Origin: a virus
Lineage: Duplodnaviria; Caudoviricetes
Reading direction: 5' to 3' (one strand)
DNA: 38,162 nt
IMG/VR virus record: IMGVR_UViG_3300049144_000026
Coordinates: 1-38,162 of that record
Position 1 is the first letter of the stretch. Every line of letters starts with the position of its first letter. Of this stretch, positions 27,086 to 35,518 are shown piece after piece. The notes under the pieces are model-generated. The model ran no database searches and was not told the DNA's origin. It was given only the letters and a program-made list of their open reading frames with translations. Made by a program: the position numbers and the translations under genes.

Positions 27086-27224
27086 GCGTCAAAGCTATGC
27101 CACTGTCAAAGCTTTGTCCAGAATCAAAACAACAATGTTTTATGTAATTCACAACACACGTCTTGATCTTTCCTTGTGGCAACCCTTTGACATATGCCAA
27201 TCGTGCGCTATCTTTGACATATGC
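27086..27224. promoter_or_regulatory. Divergent leaderless Prep/PR promoters with repeated operators
   Basis: +: TTGACA(27187)-N16-TATCTT-N6-ATG. -: TGGACA-N17-TAGCTT-N6-ATG. CTTTGACATATGC at 27185 and 27212; inverted CTTTGAC copies at 27088 and 27105. Confidence 0.8.
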
Positions 27225-27430
27225 AAAAAACCGAGCCCCTGATCACGACTGCACAAGCAGCAGAAGTCTCGGGTAAGAGCTTGCGGACCATCATCCGGCT
27301 TGTCGAGAAGGGGAAGTTGAACCCCGCTCAAAAGCTCCCTGGTCTGCGTGGAGCCTTCCTGTTTGACGCAGGAGACATAGAGGCCCTGAAGCCCGTCAAA
27401 AGCCCGGAGGCCCTAACCGACTCCGCCTGA
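27221..27430 (+). CDS. Cro/excisionase-like HTH protein
   Basis: LITTAQAAEVSGKSLRTIIRLV..GKL.P..KLPGLRGAFLFD; first gene of the rightward operon. Confidence 0.85.
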   Translation: MQKTEPLITTAQAAEVSGKSLRTIIRLVEKGKLNPAQKLPGLRGAFLFDAGDIEALKPVKSPEALTDSA

Positions 27431-27449
27431 CTTGCCTTTAGCTGCAAGG

Positions 27450-27551
27450 CAACAAAAAGCGGCCCAGTGCATTCCGCCAAGAACCTCACTGGACCGCTTG
27501 TAACCCAACCCAAACGCCAGCTTCCCAAAGAGACAACTGGCGCTCGAATCA
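27450..27551 (-). ncRNA. Putative ~100-nt antisense RNA to the rightward early transcript
   Basis: Minus-strand extended -10 TGaTACACT (27558-27566); hairpin 27515-27542; hairpin 27457-27499 (G-U on minus) plus TTTGTT tail. Confidence 0.45.
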
Positions 27552-27566
27552 GAATCGAGTGTATCA

Positions 27567-28094
27567 ATGGATACTTCGCGCTCACAGGAAACCCCCGTCC
27601 TCCCCCGCAACATGTTCTTCGGCGCTGAAGACCGTAGAGCGGGACGTACAAAGGTTGAAGAGAAGGTCCTCGCCCCGGAGAGGGGTTACCGGCAAGGTCT
27701 GGCCGAGCATGTCATCACCGAGGCCAACCATCTCATCAATGCAGTCCGAACCCTCCGGGCCTTTGACCGGACGGGCAACGCTGAAATGGCGCTGGATCAT
27801 CTGCAGCGGACTCTCCTTGATCTCCGGAGACACACTGCGAACCTGGTCGACGAAGTCAAAGCTTCGGTGGACCGCTGCGGGGCGAATGACGCTCCGCCCA
27901 TGAACTCGGCAGCCGTCGTTGAGCCAATCCCCCAGGCTCCGGCGGCTGCCGACCAAACCAAACCGGCCGAGCCTAAGCTCAGGATCATCCACGATGAGCC
28001 GGTCCACATCGAACCGCGGATCACGCCCCTGACGATGATCAAGAGCATCGATGCTGCCCTGACTCACGCAGGGCGCAACCGTGCTGGCCGTTGA
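27567..28094 (+). CDS. Hypothetical protein
   Basis: 175-aa ORF in the early operon. Confidence 0.65.
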   Translation: MDTSRSQETPVLPRNMFFGAEDRRAGRTKVEEKVLAPERGYRQGLAEHVITEANHLINAVRTLRAFDRTGNAEMALDHLQRTLLDLRRHTANLVDEVKASVDRCGANDAPPMNSAAVVEPIPQAPAAADQTKPAEPKLRIIHDEPVHIEPRITPLTMIKSIDAALTHAGRNRAGR

Positions 28095-28459
28095 GCATGG
28101 TCCCCGGGAAGCCGCCGGCGCTGAAGCAGCGGTCTGGTCAGTCCAAGAAGCAGACGGCCATCGAGGACGCCCCGCCCCCAAAGCAGGAGGAATGGGAACT
28201 CGAGGAGCTGTTCACGTTCGGCAGCGGACCACTGGAAAACCAGTGGCTGACCAAGGATCAGGTTCAGACCAGGTCAACGGCCCAGCGGCGAATGAGGTCC
28301 TTGGGCTCAGTGAGTTCCTACGGGCCGTTGGACTACGCGCCGACAGCCAAGCAAGTCCCGCACCCGGTGAAGCCGTGGATCCTCGGGACGCTCTGCGTGA
28401 TGCTGCCGGAGTCGAAGTGGCACCGACGAATCCAACCCGCCCCGGACGACAAGAAGTAA
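28091..28459 (+). CDS. Hypothetical protein
   Basis: TTGA overlap with the previous stop; GC3-rich codons. Confidence 0.6.
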   Translation: MSMVPGKPPALKQRSGQSKKQTAIEDAPPPKQEEWELEELFTFGSGPLENQWLTKDQVQTRSTAQRRMRSLGSVSSYGPLDYAPTAKQVPHPVKPWILGTLCVMLPESKWHRRIQPAPDDKK

Positions 28460-28644
28460 GACGGCCATCGGCGCGGGTCGGCCGGAATCGCCGCTGCGCC
28501 TACCTCTACGCTCCCCTGGTCGTCCTCGGGGCGCTCGCGGTCCTCGCTTCCTTCCCCGTTATGAATGCCGCCTATCTGGTCGGCGTCACCTTCCTTATTG
28601 CCGGCGCGGCCGGATTCGTATATGAGACAGGAACACCAAAATGA
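28417..28644 (+). CDS. Small two-TM membrane protein
   Basis: GGAG RBS before GTG 28417; two hydrophobic helices. Confidence 0.6.
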   Translation: MAPTNPTRPGRQEVRRPSARVGRNRRCAYLYAPLVVLGALAVLASFPVMNAAYLVGVTFLIAGAAGFVYETGTPK

Positions 28645-28958
28645 CTGAACAGCCCCCGGAACCGAAGACTGAGCAGGAGTTCCTTGGCAACTCCCCGTTC
28701 AGGCGAGGACCAGCGCCTCGATTCGATAGCCGACTTTGGACGGTGGATCCCGTCGAGGTGGGACCAGTGCAGGAGCCGAGTACGGACCTGCTGGAAGAGG
28801 CCCAGGTCTCGGCGGGACACGGCATCAAGTCGATTGAGAAGGGCGAACTGGATGCGGGTATCGCGTGGCTACAGTCCGCTCTGGCTTTTGCCCAGAACGC
28901 ACGCCATGCCCGCCTCAGCGCACCGGTCAAGGTAGTCATGCCGGGGGTCTCCGAGTGA
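28641..28958 (+). CDS. Hypothetical protein
   Basis: ATGA/GTGA coupling at both ends. Confidence 0.65.
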   Translation: MTEQPPEPKTEQEFLGNSPFRRGPAPRFDSRLWTVDPVEVGPVQEPSTDLLEEAQVSAGHGIKSIEKGELDAGIAWLQSALAFAQNARHARLSAPVKVVMPGVSE

Positions 28959-30433
28959 GCCCGCACAACCTCCAGATGGTCGCAGTCACTGACCTGGTCC
29001 CCCACCCGGACAATCCCCGTGATGACCTAGGCAACCCACAGGAGCTGGCCGAGCTGGCCAACGACCTCGCGGCCAACGGCAACACCATCCGCCTCCGCGT
29101 CTACCCGATCCAGGACGGCCCCAACGCCGGCAAGTTCCTCCTGATCGAGGGGCACCGACGGACTGAGGCGGCAAAGCTGGGCGGCGTGACGGAGCTGGAG
29201 TGCTGGATCGACCCGTCATGCGACACCCTGGCCAAGCAGATCGAGGCCATGCTTCGGGAGAACACCCACCGCGTGGGCATCACCGCTTCCAACGAGGCCA
29301 AGGCCATCCAGACTCTCCTGGACTGCGAAGGCATGTCCGTGAAGAAGGTAGCGAAAGCCATCCACCGGTCCGAGTCATTCATCCGCAAACGCGCCCGACT
29401 GGCGACGCTGCCCGACGTCGCCCACCAGCTGGTGGATCACGGACGGCTGACACTTGAACAGTCGGACGCTTTTGACGAGTTCAAGGACGACCACGAGGCG
29501 TACCAGGAACTGATGCAGCTCGCTGCTTCACCTCACCGCCGCTCCGACGACTGGGACCGCATGGTGAGGTCCCTCAGGACGAAGCGGGACGCACCTGCGA
29601 AGAAGGCCGAGTCCGAGACCCTTATCAAGGAACTGGGTGTGCCCGTGCTGGACCGGAACCAGACTTACAGCGGCCACTACAACCGGGACTACCAGTCCGA
29701 CAGGCTCACCGATGAGGAGCACGCAGCCGCCGGGAAGTCCGCTTACATCAACGAAAGCAGTGGCCGGATCGAGTGGTACGTCAAAAGCCAGCTCGGCTCT
29801 ACACCGAAGAAAGTCCTGACGGAGGAGGAGCGCGAAGCCAAGCGGAAACTCAAAGACCTTGAGGCTGGCCTGGAGCAGGATCTCGCCATCTGGGATGAGC
29901 ACCTGCGCCGCTGCCTCACCGACGCCGGCGGCGGGCTTCCGCTCACACCGGCAGAGAAGATCCTTCAGGCCGGACTCGCGCCGAACGTCCTCGGCTCCTA
30001 CTACGACTACGACCGGGCCTGTGACCTCGTCCTCGGGAAGACCTACACCTCCTCCAACGAAGGAGCCATTGAGGTGAGGGAAGCCGTTGCCAAGCTCCGC
30101 CCCCTCCAGCTCGTAATGCTCATGGCAGAGCTACACCTCAAACCTTCCCAGCTGCACAAGCCGGGAACCTGGGACCCGACGTCCTACAGCTGGCGAGAGT
30201 CTGAGGGGATCGCCCGCTGGATCATCGTCCGCAACGACGTCTTCAACTACCCGCCCTCGGTCTTCGAACGCGAAGCAATGGACCACTTCACTGCCCTGGC
30301 AACAGCCCGTGAGCTGGCAAAAGCAGGCGTAGCAAAGGGAGACGAGATGGACGCTGCCCTGAAGACAACCATGGCCCTTGCTGCGGGAGCCTCGGCCGAC
30401 GACCAGGAAGACGAGGACGAAGACCGTGACTGA
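28955..30433 (+). CDS. ParB-like N-terminal domain protein with HTH
   Basis: L.PHPDNPR, LIEGHRR..A and ENTHR motifs, then HTH SVKKVAKAIHRSESFIRKR. Confidence 0.88.
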   Translation: MSPHNLQMVAVTDLVPHPDNPRDDLGNPQELAELANDLAANGNTIRLRVYPIQDGPNAGKFLLIEGHRRTEAAKLGGVTELECWIDPSCDTLAKQIEAMLRENTHRVGITASNEAKAIQTLLDCEGMSVKKVAKAIHRSESFIRKRARLATLPDVAHQLVDHGRLTLEQSDAFDEFKDDHEAYQELMQLAASPHRRSDDWDRMVRSLRTKRDAPAKKAESETLIKELGVPVLDRNQTYSGHYNRDYQSDRLTDEEHAAAGKSAYINESSGRIEWYVKSQLGSTPKKVLTEEEREAKRKLKDLEAGLEQDLAIWDEHLRRCLTDAGGGLPLTPAEKILQAGLAPNVLGSYYDYDRACDLVLGKTYTSSNEGAIEVREAVAKLRPLQLVMLMAELHLKPSQLHKPGTWDPTSYSWRESEGIARWIIVRNDVFNYPPSVFEREAMDHFTALATARELAKAGVAKGDEMDAALKTTMALAAGASADDQEDEDEDRD

Positions 30434-30851
30434 CCACTTCCTCAAGAGGAGCCCTGACCTCGAACCCGTCTGCGTCTGCGGGTACCGTCCGGAGATCCTG
30501 GATACTCCCGCAGCTCTGGCCCCGATGGCGAAAGCCAAGACAGCCGTCCTGAACCACGTTGACGCTTTGAGCGAGACGCCCACTGATCTGTGGAAGCAAG
30601 GCCCCGTCCCGTGCTCTCCGGATGCCCCGTTCCGCCGTCACGAAGAGCAGAAGTACCCAAGGGCCGGCGTCCGCCGCACGCCCTCGGGCGTATGGAAGCT
30701 GACGCTATGGGACGAACCCGACGTCGTCCATGCCTGGGACGACCCCGCAGACGGTGTCCACCCGGACAGGTACACGGCGTGTGCTACCGGCCAGCTCATC
30801 ATCGGGGCCCACCGTCAGTCTGATACCAGGCTCAACGGAATGCCCCGGTAA
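30426..30851 (+). CDS. Hypothetical protein
   Basis: GAGGA RBS before GTG; CVCG motif. Confidence 0.65.
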   Translation: MTDHFLKRSPDLEPVCVCGYRPEILDTPAALAPMAKAKTAVLNHVDALSETPTDLWKQGPVPCSPDAPFRRHEEQKYPRAGVRRTPSGVWKLTLWDEPDVVHAWDDPADGVHPDRYTACATGQLIIGAHRQSDTRLNGMPR

Positions 30852-31252
30852 TGGGACGGCCAAAAGCTGGCGAGACGTTCGACTACGAACGCCTCACGAT
30901 ACTGGTCAGCGAAGGCCGCAGCATCGTCCAGATAGCCGAAGCAATGGGCGTGACAACCCGGACCATCAGCCGCCACAAACGCGCGATAGGGCTTTCCCAA
31001 CCAAAGCCCCCAAGCCGCCCTCTCGAAGAGTGGGCACCCACAGCCGCCCAACTCTTCGCTGAGGGCTACAGCCAACTGTCAGTAGCCGAACTCACAGGTG
31101 TATGCGACCAGACCGTCAGCCGACACTTCCCCGGACACGGATGGACGAAACACCAAATCGGACACTACGCCGCCGAAGTACGCCGCCTCAACCAACTCCC
31201 CAGCTTCCCCCAAGCCGAACGCCGAAACCACCACACACAGGAGTGCAAATGA
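30851..31252 (+). CDS. Tandem HTH DNA-binding protein
   Basis: GRSIVQIAEAMGVTTRTISR and GYSQLSVAELTGVCDQTVSR. Confidence 0.8.
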   Translation: MGRPKAGETFDYERLTILVSEGRSIVQIAEAMGVTTRTISRHKRAIGLSQPKPPSRPLEEWAPTAAQLFAEGYSQLSVAELTGVCDQTVSRHFPGHGWTKHQIGHYAAEVRRLNQLPSFPQAERRNHHTQECK

Positions 31253-32520
31253 CTCTGATCACTACCTACCCTGCCCCTGCGCCGGTCCTGGCCCCTGCAG
31301 CGCTCGCCGATCTCGAAGTCACGGCGACCAGTGAGGAATGGCTGAAGAAGCTCCGCGCCCTGGGCGCCGGGGTTTCGAGTCGTCCGCCCATCCCCATCCT
31401 CGGCTGCGTCCTGATTGAGTGCAGGCAGGGCAAGGCGACCGTCTCGGCGTACGACTACGAGACTTCCGCTGTCGCCAAGCTTCAGCACGAGCCTAAAGGC
31501 CGGCTGAAGGACGCCCGGGCGCTGCTGCCCATCTCTTGGCTTGTCCGGACGATCCGGGCAATCACCGTTCGGCAGCCAAAGGCCTTGGTGACGCTGGCTG
31601 CGAAGGAGATGCTTGGCCAGCGGTTGCTGACGGTCAGCTCAGAGGGTTACACGATCCCGATCGTGAACCACTTCAACGTGGACGAGTATCCGGCGCTGCC
31701 GGAACACGCGGCCTACGAGAGCTTCAAGTTGGACCGCCGAACCCTTGTCTCCGCCCTGAACCGTTCACTGGTGACCGCTTCCACAGATGACACGCTGCCG
31801 ATTCTGACCGGGATAGATCTGTTGGGCGGCGGGAAGCACCTGAGGATCCAGGCGACCGATCGTTACCGGCTCTCCTCTGAGCGCATCGTCAGCAAGCAGG
31901 AGCTCCCCGACTTCCGCTTCCTGCTCAAGTCCCGCGTGTGGAAGGGCATCAGCCGTCACCTCGACGGCGACAAGGTCACGGTGGGCGTCCTTGTTTCCAC
32001 GGATCAGCCAGGACGCTCTGGCGGCCAAACATCGCTGAGCCTCAGCTCGGGCGACCTGACCTACACGCTGGAGGGAGTGGGCGGCGAGTACCCGAAGATC
32101 GAAGGGCTGTTCGTTGACAAGGCAGAACGGTTTATCGAGGCGGACAGAAGAGCGCTGATGGACCAGGTGGGCGTCGCCGTTCAACTCAACGAGCGGAACA
32201 CCCCGTGCACCGTCGTCATGTCAGACAGCTCCATCACCGTCCGGCCGAGCATGCCAGAAGTCGAAGCCATCGCAACCCCAGAACTGGCGGCCACCGTAAG
32301 CAATGCAGCTGACTGGGCCGACAACCCGGCAGTGGCGTACAACCCCCACTACCTGCTGGAGGCCCTTCAGACCATCGACGCGGAGAAGGTCCGTCTGTCC
32401 TTCACAACACTGCCGAAACCTCTGTGCCTTACCGGAGGCGGCATCCCGTGCGGGACCAAGAACACCTACCGCCACCTCATCATGCCCGTTCGTATGCCTG
32501 AACGCCTGGTCACCTCATGA
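31249..32520 (+). CDS. dnaN: DNA polymerase III beta sliding clamp homologue
   Basis: PIPILG, EYPALP, STDDTLPILTGI, ATDRYRL, GEYP, AYNPHYLLEAL and HLIMPVR motifs; AGGAG RBS. Confidence 0.92.
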   Translation: MTLITTYPAPAPVLAPAALADLEVTATSEEWLKKLRALGAGVSSRPPIPILGCVLIECRQGKATVSAYDYETSAVAKLQHEPKGRLKDARALLPISWLVRTIRAITVRQPKALVTLAAKEMLGQRLLTVSSEGYTIPIVNHFNVDEYPALPEHAAYESFKLDRRTLVSALNRSLVTASTDDTLPILTGIDLLGGGKHLRIQATDRYRLSSERIVSKQELPDFRFLLKSRVWKGISRHLDGDKVTVGVLVSTDQPGRSGGQTSLSLSSGDLTYTLEGVGGEYPKIEGLFVDKAERFIEADRRALMDQVGVAVQLNERNTPCTVVMSDSSITVRPSMPEVEAIATPELAATVSNAADWADNPAVAYNPHYLLEALQTIDAEKVRLSFTTLPKPLCLTGGGIPCGTKNTYRHLIMPVRMPERLVTS

Positions 32521-32639
32521 CCGCGAACTTCGAGCGGCACGACACCTCGCTGCAATCCAAGCCAGCGAAGAAGGAGACGTGCCCCTCTTGCGAGGCCGTC
32601 CTCAGCCCTCATAACGGAGAGTGCAGGTGTTCACCATGA
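32517..32639 (+). CDS. 40-aa Cys-rich microprotein (CPSC...CRC)
   Basis: ATGA overlaps at both ends; below the ORF-track cutoff. Confidence 0.6.
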   Translation: MTANFERHDTSLQSKPAKKETCPSCEAVLSPHNGECRCSP

Positions 32640-33004
32640 TCAAGACCTATCCCCGGGCGCGCATCAGCCGGCACCCAAGCCTCAACGGTTGGGTCATCGA
32701 CCTGATCCAGCGCGAAGGGGCTAAGGCCAAGCGCGTGGCCGCGACCTACTCCACCATCCCCTGGGCTGACCGGGCAGCCCGGGCCAAGCTCCCGGCCGGC
32801 AGTGCAGCCAGGATTGTCCAGGCCCGTCCAGCACCACCAATCTCCCCTTCTCCCGCACCTCGGGGCAAAGGCGATGCCGGTAAGTGTGACCCCTGCGGCC
32901 GTCCAATGCGCCGCCCGGGAGAGAAAGCGGCAGATCACCCGGACACGGTGCTCCGTCAAAGAGAAGGTTTGTGCCAATCATGCAACCGGAAGCCGCGCAC
33001 GTAG
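32636..33004 (+). CDS. Hypothetical protein with C-terminal zinc finger
   Basis: CDPCGRPMR...GLCQSC. Confidence 0.7.
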   Translation: MIKTYPRARISRHPSLNGWVIDLIQREGAKAKRVAATYSTIPWADRAARAKLPAGSAARIVQARPAPPISPSPAPRGKGDAGKCDPCGRPMRRPGEKAADHPDTVLRQREGLCQSCNRKPRT

Positions 33005-33020
33005 TCAGGAGCCCCAACGG

Positions 33021-33143
33021 ATGTGGCTTTGTAACAGCTGCGGCCACTATCACGGCGCCAACAGGTGCCAAGCGATCACCGAAACGGAAACCGGAGGTGC
33101 GAGGAAATGCTCCTGCACCGGACAAGAAGGAAAAGAGAACTGA
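33021..33143 (+). CDS. 40-aa Cys/His microprotein (CNSCGHYH...C...CSC)
   Basis: AGGAG RBS; fills the gap exactly. Confidence 0.6.
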   Translation: MWLCNSCGHYHGANRCQAITETETGGARKCSCTGQEGKEN

Positions 33144-33144
33144 C

Positions 33145-33381
33145 ATGGCCCGGAACAAAACGGTGAAGCCCCAGATGCCCGCTGCCTTCACCTATCACCC
33201 CAGAACGGCCGACCAGCTCGACATCAGCCCGATGCCGGACGGCCTGGGCGTCCTGATCGGAATCTACAACAACCAGGACAACGGGCAGTACACCACCATC
33301 GAGGTGGCAATCCCCGACGTCGAAACGGTTGTCGGTGCCCTCCGCGCCGCAAAGATGCAGGCGCAGGAGACCGCACAGTGA
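33145..33381 (+). CDS. Hypothetical protein
   Basis: ATG 1 nt after the previous stop; GTGA overlap downstream. Confidence 0.65.
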   Translation: MARNKTVKPQMPAAFTYHPRTADQLDISPMPDGLGVLIGIYNNQDNGQYTTIEVAIPDVETVVGALRAAKMQAQETAQ

Positions 33382-34211
33382 CCATCACCTCGGACCTGCT
33401 GGAGAAGCTGCGGGACCACTACATCGAACCCGGAGCAACGTGGCCCGGCGGCGTCTTCGCGGACGAGATAGGCAACAACGGGGAATGGGGCAAGGGCCGC
33501 CGGTGTGACGCCCTGTACGCCGGCTTCACCAGCCAGTCCGGCCGGATCCTGATCGGACACGAGGTCAAGGTCTCCCGCGCCGACTGGAACCACGAACGGG
33601 ATAACCCAGGCAAAGCTGACCAGTGGGCCGACCAATGCCACGCTTGGTACCTGGTCGCCCCCTCCGTCGCGATCATCCCCGCCGACGAAGTCCCCCCAGG
33701 CTGGGGCCTCATGGTCCCCAATCCACGGGCAAAGCGCCGCTTCCAGATCGTAGTCAAAGCCGCGATCCACAAAGACCGTAACCCGTCATGGCCCGCCGTC
33801 CGATCATTCATGGCACGGATGGACACCATGCGCGAGAAGGCCATGGAACGCGCGATCTCCGAACAGGTAGAACGTCGGGTGAAGCCGATAGAGGACAGAT
33901 ACAGAAACCTCGAAGCCAACCCTGCCGACCGGAGGGAGCTGGAGGCTCTCCGGTCCCAACACAGCAAGATCGAGGAAGCCCTGGGCATCAAACTCGGAGA
34001 CTGGGACAACACCTGGAGTAACACCATCGGCCCGGAAACTCTCGCCGTCGCCGTCAAACTGACCCAAGCAATACAAGCGCTCGCCGGCCCCCACCGAACG
34101 GATGGTTTGGAGGGCCTCCTGGAGAGACTCGCCACCGTCAGCGCCAGCATCGGCAACACCCACAAAGCCACGACAGATCTCCGCGCGCATCTTCTGGAAC
34201 TCGCAAAATGA
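33378..34211 (+). CDS. MmcB-like PD-(D/E)XK nuclease with coiled-coil C-terminus
   Basis: RRCDAL, GHEVKVSRADW and EVP.GWGL motifs. Confidence 0.8.
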   Translation: MTITSDLLEKLRDHYIEPGATWPGGVFADEIGNNGEWGKGRRCDALYAGFTSQSGRILIGHEVKVSRADWNHERDNPGKADQWADQCHAWYLVAPSVAIIPADEVPPGWGLMVPNPRAKRRFQIVVKAAIHKDRNPSWPAVRSFMARMDTMREKAMERAISEQVERRVKPIEDRYRNLEANPADRRELEALRSQHSKIEEALGIKLGDWDNTWSNTIGPETLAVAVKLTQAIQALAGPHRTDGLEGLLERLATVSASIGNTHKATTDLRAHLLELAK

Positions 34212-34348
34212 GCGAGCTGGCTGTGACGCCCATCCTCACGGAGGCCGAACGTCTTGCCAACGCGATACGTACCCGCAGACTGCGCAAATGCATAGCCGAA
34301 GGTGCGCACCAGTCTGAGGAGATCACATGCCCGAGGTGCGGACTATGA
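34208..34348 (+). CDS. 46-aa microprotein (C...H...CPRC)
   Basis: ATGA overlaps at both ends. Confidence 0.55.
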   Translation: MSELAVTPILTEAERLANAIRTRRLRKCIAEGAHQSEEITCPRCGL

Positions 34349-34836
34349 CAGCGCCTCTCGTGCTTGACCCTGCTTCAGGGTCACGGATGTTCTATTTCGA
34401 CAAACTGGACGACAGGGTGCTCTTTGGCGACATCCGATCCGAGCAGCACGTCCTGTGCGACGGACGCTCCCTGAAGATCAATCCCGACATGCAAATTGAC
34501 TTCCGAAGACTGCCCTTCGCGGATGAATCGTTCCGCGTCGTAGTGTTCGATCCCCCTCACTTGGTGCGTGCTGGTCCCCGGTCGTGGCAGGCAGCCAAGT
34601 ACGGACGACTCGACCCTGTGGCGTGGCAGGACGATCTCCGTTCTGGCTTCGCTGAGTGCTTCCGGGTGCTCAAGCCTGAAGGTGTACTCATCTTCAAGTG
34701 GAATGAAACCCAGATCCCGGTCAGTCAGATACTCGCTTTGACTCCGGCGAGGCCACTCATCGGTCACAAAAGCGGCAAGGCAAGCAAGACGCACTGGATC
34801 ACATTCATCAAGCCGGAAGAAGGACAAAGTGCCTAA
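34345..34836 (+). CDS. Small SAM-dependent methyltransferase (DPPH motif)
   Basis: LDPASGSRMF.FDK, VVFDPPH and FRVLKPEG.LIFKW motifs. Confidence 0.88.
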   Translation: MTAPLVLDPASGSRMFYFDKLDDRVLFGDIRSEQHVLCDGRSLKINPDMQIDFRRLPFADESFRVVVFDPPHLVRAGPRSWQAAKYGRLDPVAWQDDLRSGFAECFRVLKPEGVLIFKWNETQIPVSQILALTPARPLIGHKSGKASKTHWITFIKPEEGQSA

Positions 34837-35452
34837 GCAAGAATGCGCGGGAGGAGTCCCAGTGAAAACTATGGCCGAGGTGCTGACGGAGCACCAGCGC
34901 CAGAACGCGAGCTCCTGCCTGTGTGGGTGGGCCAAGCTCGGACACTCACACCCCGAACACCAAGAGGCCATGCTGGCGGCTGCGGGGTTTGGGTTGGTCA
35001 AGGAAGCGGGGTTTGGGCCGGTTAAGGAAGCCGTGTGGATCCACGTCCACCACGACGCAGAGGCTCACGCCCGGAGCTACAACGACGGCTACGAAGCCGC
35101 CGTCACGCATGGCCTCGCGGATGACCCCACACTTGCCGATGACTGGTTCCAAGGCAAGCTGCGAGAAGCCAAAGCCCAGGCGCTTGAAGAGGCGGTGGAA
35201 GCCTTCCCTTTGGAGACCATCACCGCTCCGGACAACGCAGTCGTCTGGCTGATGGAACGGGCTGGCACCATGCGGGGAACATCACCCGCGGCTGGGACCA
35301 CTACAGAGTGGGGAGTCCGCCGGGACGCAGACTCAGCAGTGCACTCGCTCGACTACGCGCTACAAACCATCAAGACCCAGCGGAAGCGCGGGCTCAAGCC
35401 CTCCCTCATCAAACGGCAGGTCGGCCCCTGGGAACTGGCGCAGGAGCCATGA
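34829..35452 (+). CDS. Mosaic hypothetical protein
   Basis: EH...C.CG...H..HQ module, AKAQALEEA module and TEWGVR...RQVGPW module; start may be GTG 34862. Confidence 0.65.
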   Translation: MPKQECAGGVPVKTMAEVLTEHQRQNASSCLCGWAKLGHSHPEHQEAMLAAAGFGLVKEAGFGPVKEAVWIHVHHDAEAHARSYNDGYEAAVTHGLADDPTLADDWFQGKLREAKAQALEEAVEAFPLETITAPDNAVVWLMERAGTMRGTSPAAGTTTEWGVRRDADSAVHSLDYALQTIKTQRKRGLKPSLIKRQVGPWELAQEP

Positions 35453-35518
35453 CCCGACACACCTCATCCAGTCCGGCGCTCGCCGATCCAGAAGAACTAG
35501 AGAAAGCAGGACCACCCA

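Noticed and set aside
28081-28416. 5' part of the 187-aa ORF
   Set aside because: Overlaps the better 28091-28459 gene; only the TM-encoding part from GTG 28417 is kept
33378-34836. Nuclease plus methyltransferase as a restriction-modification system
   Set aside because: Both belong to families that commonly occur alone in phage early regions; nothing in the sequence links them
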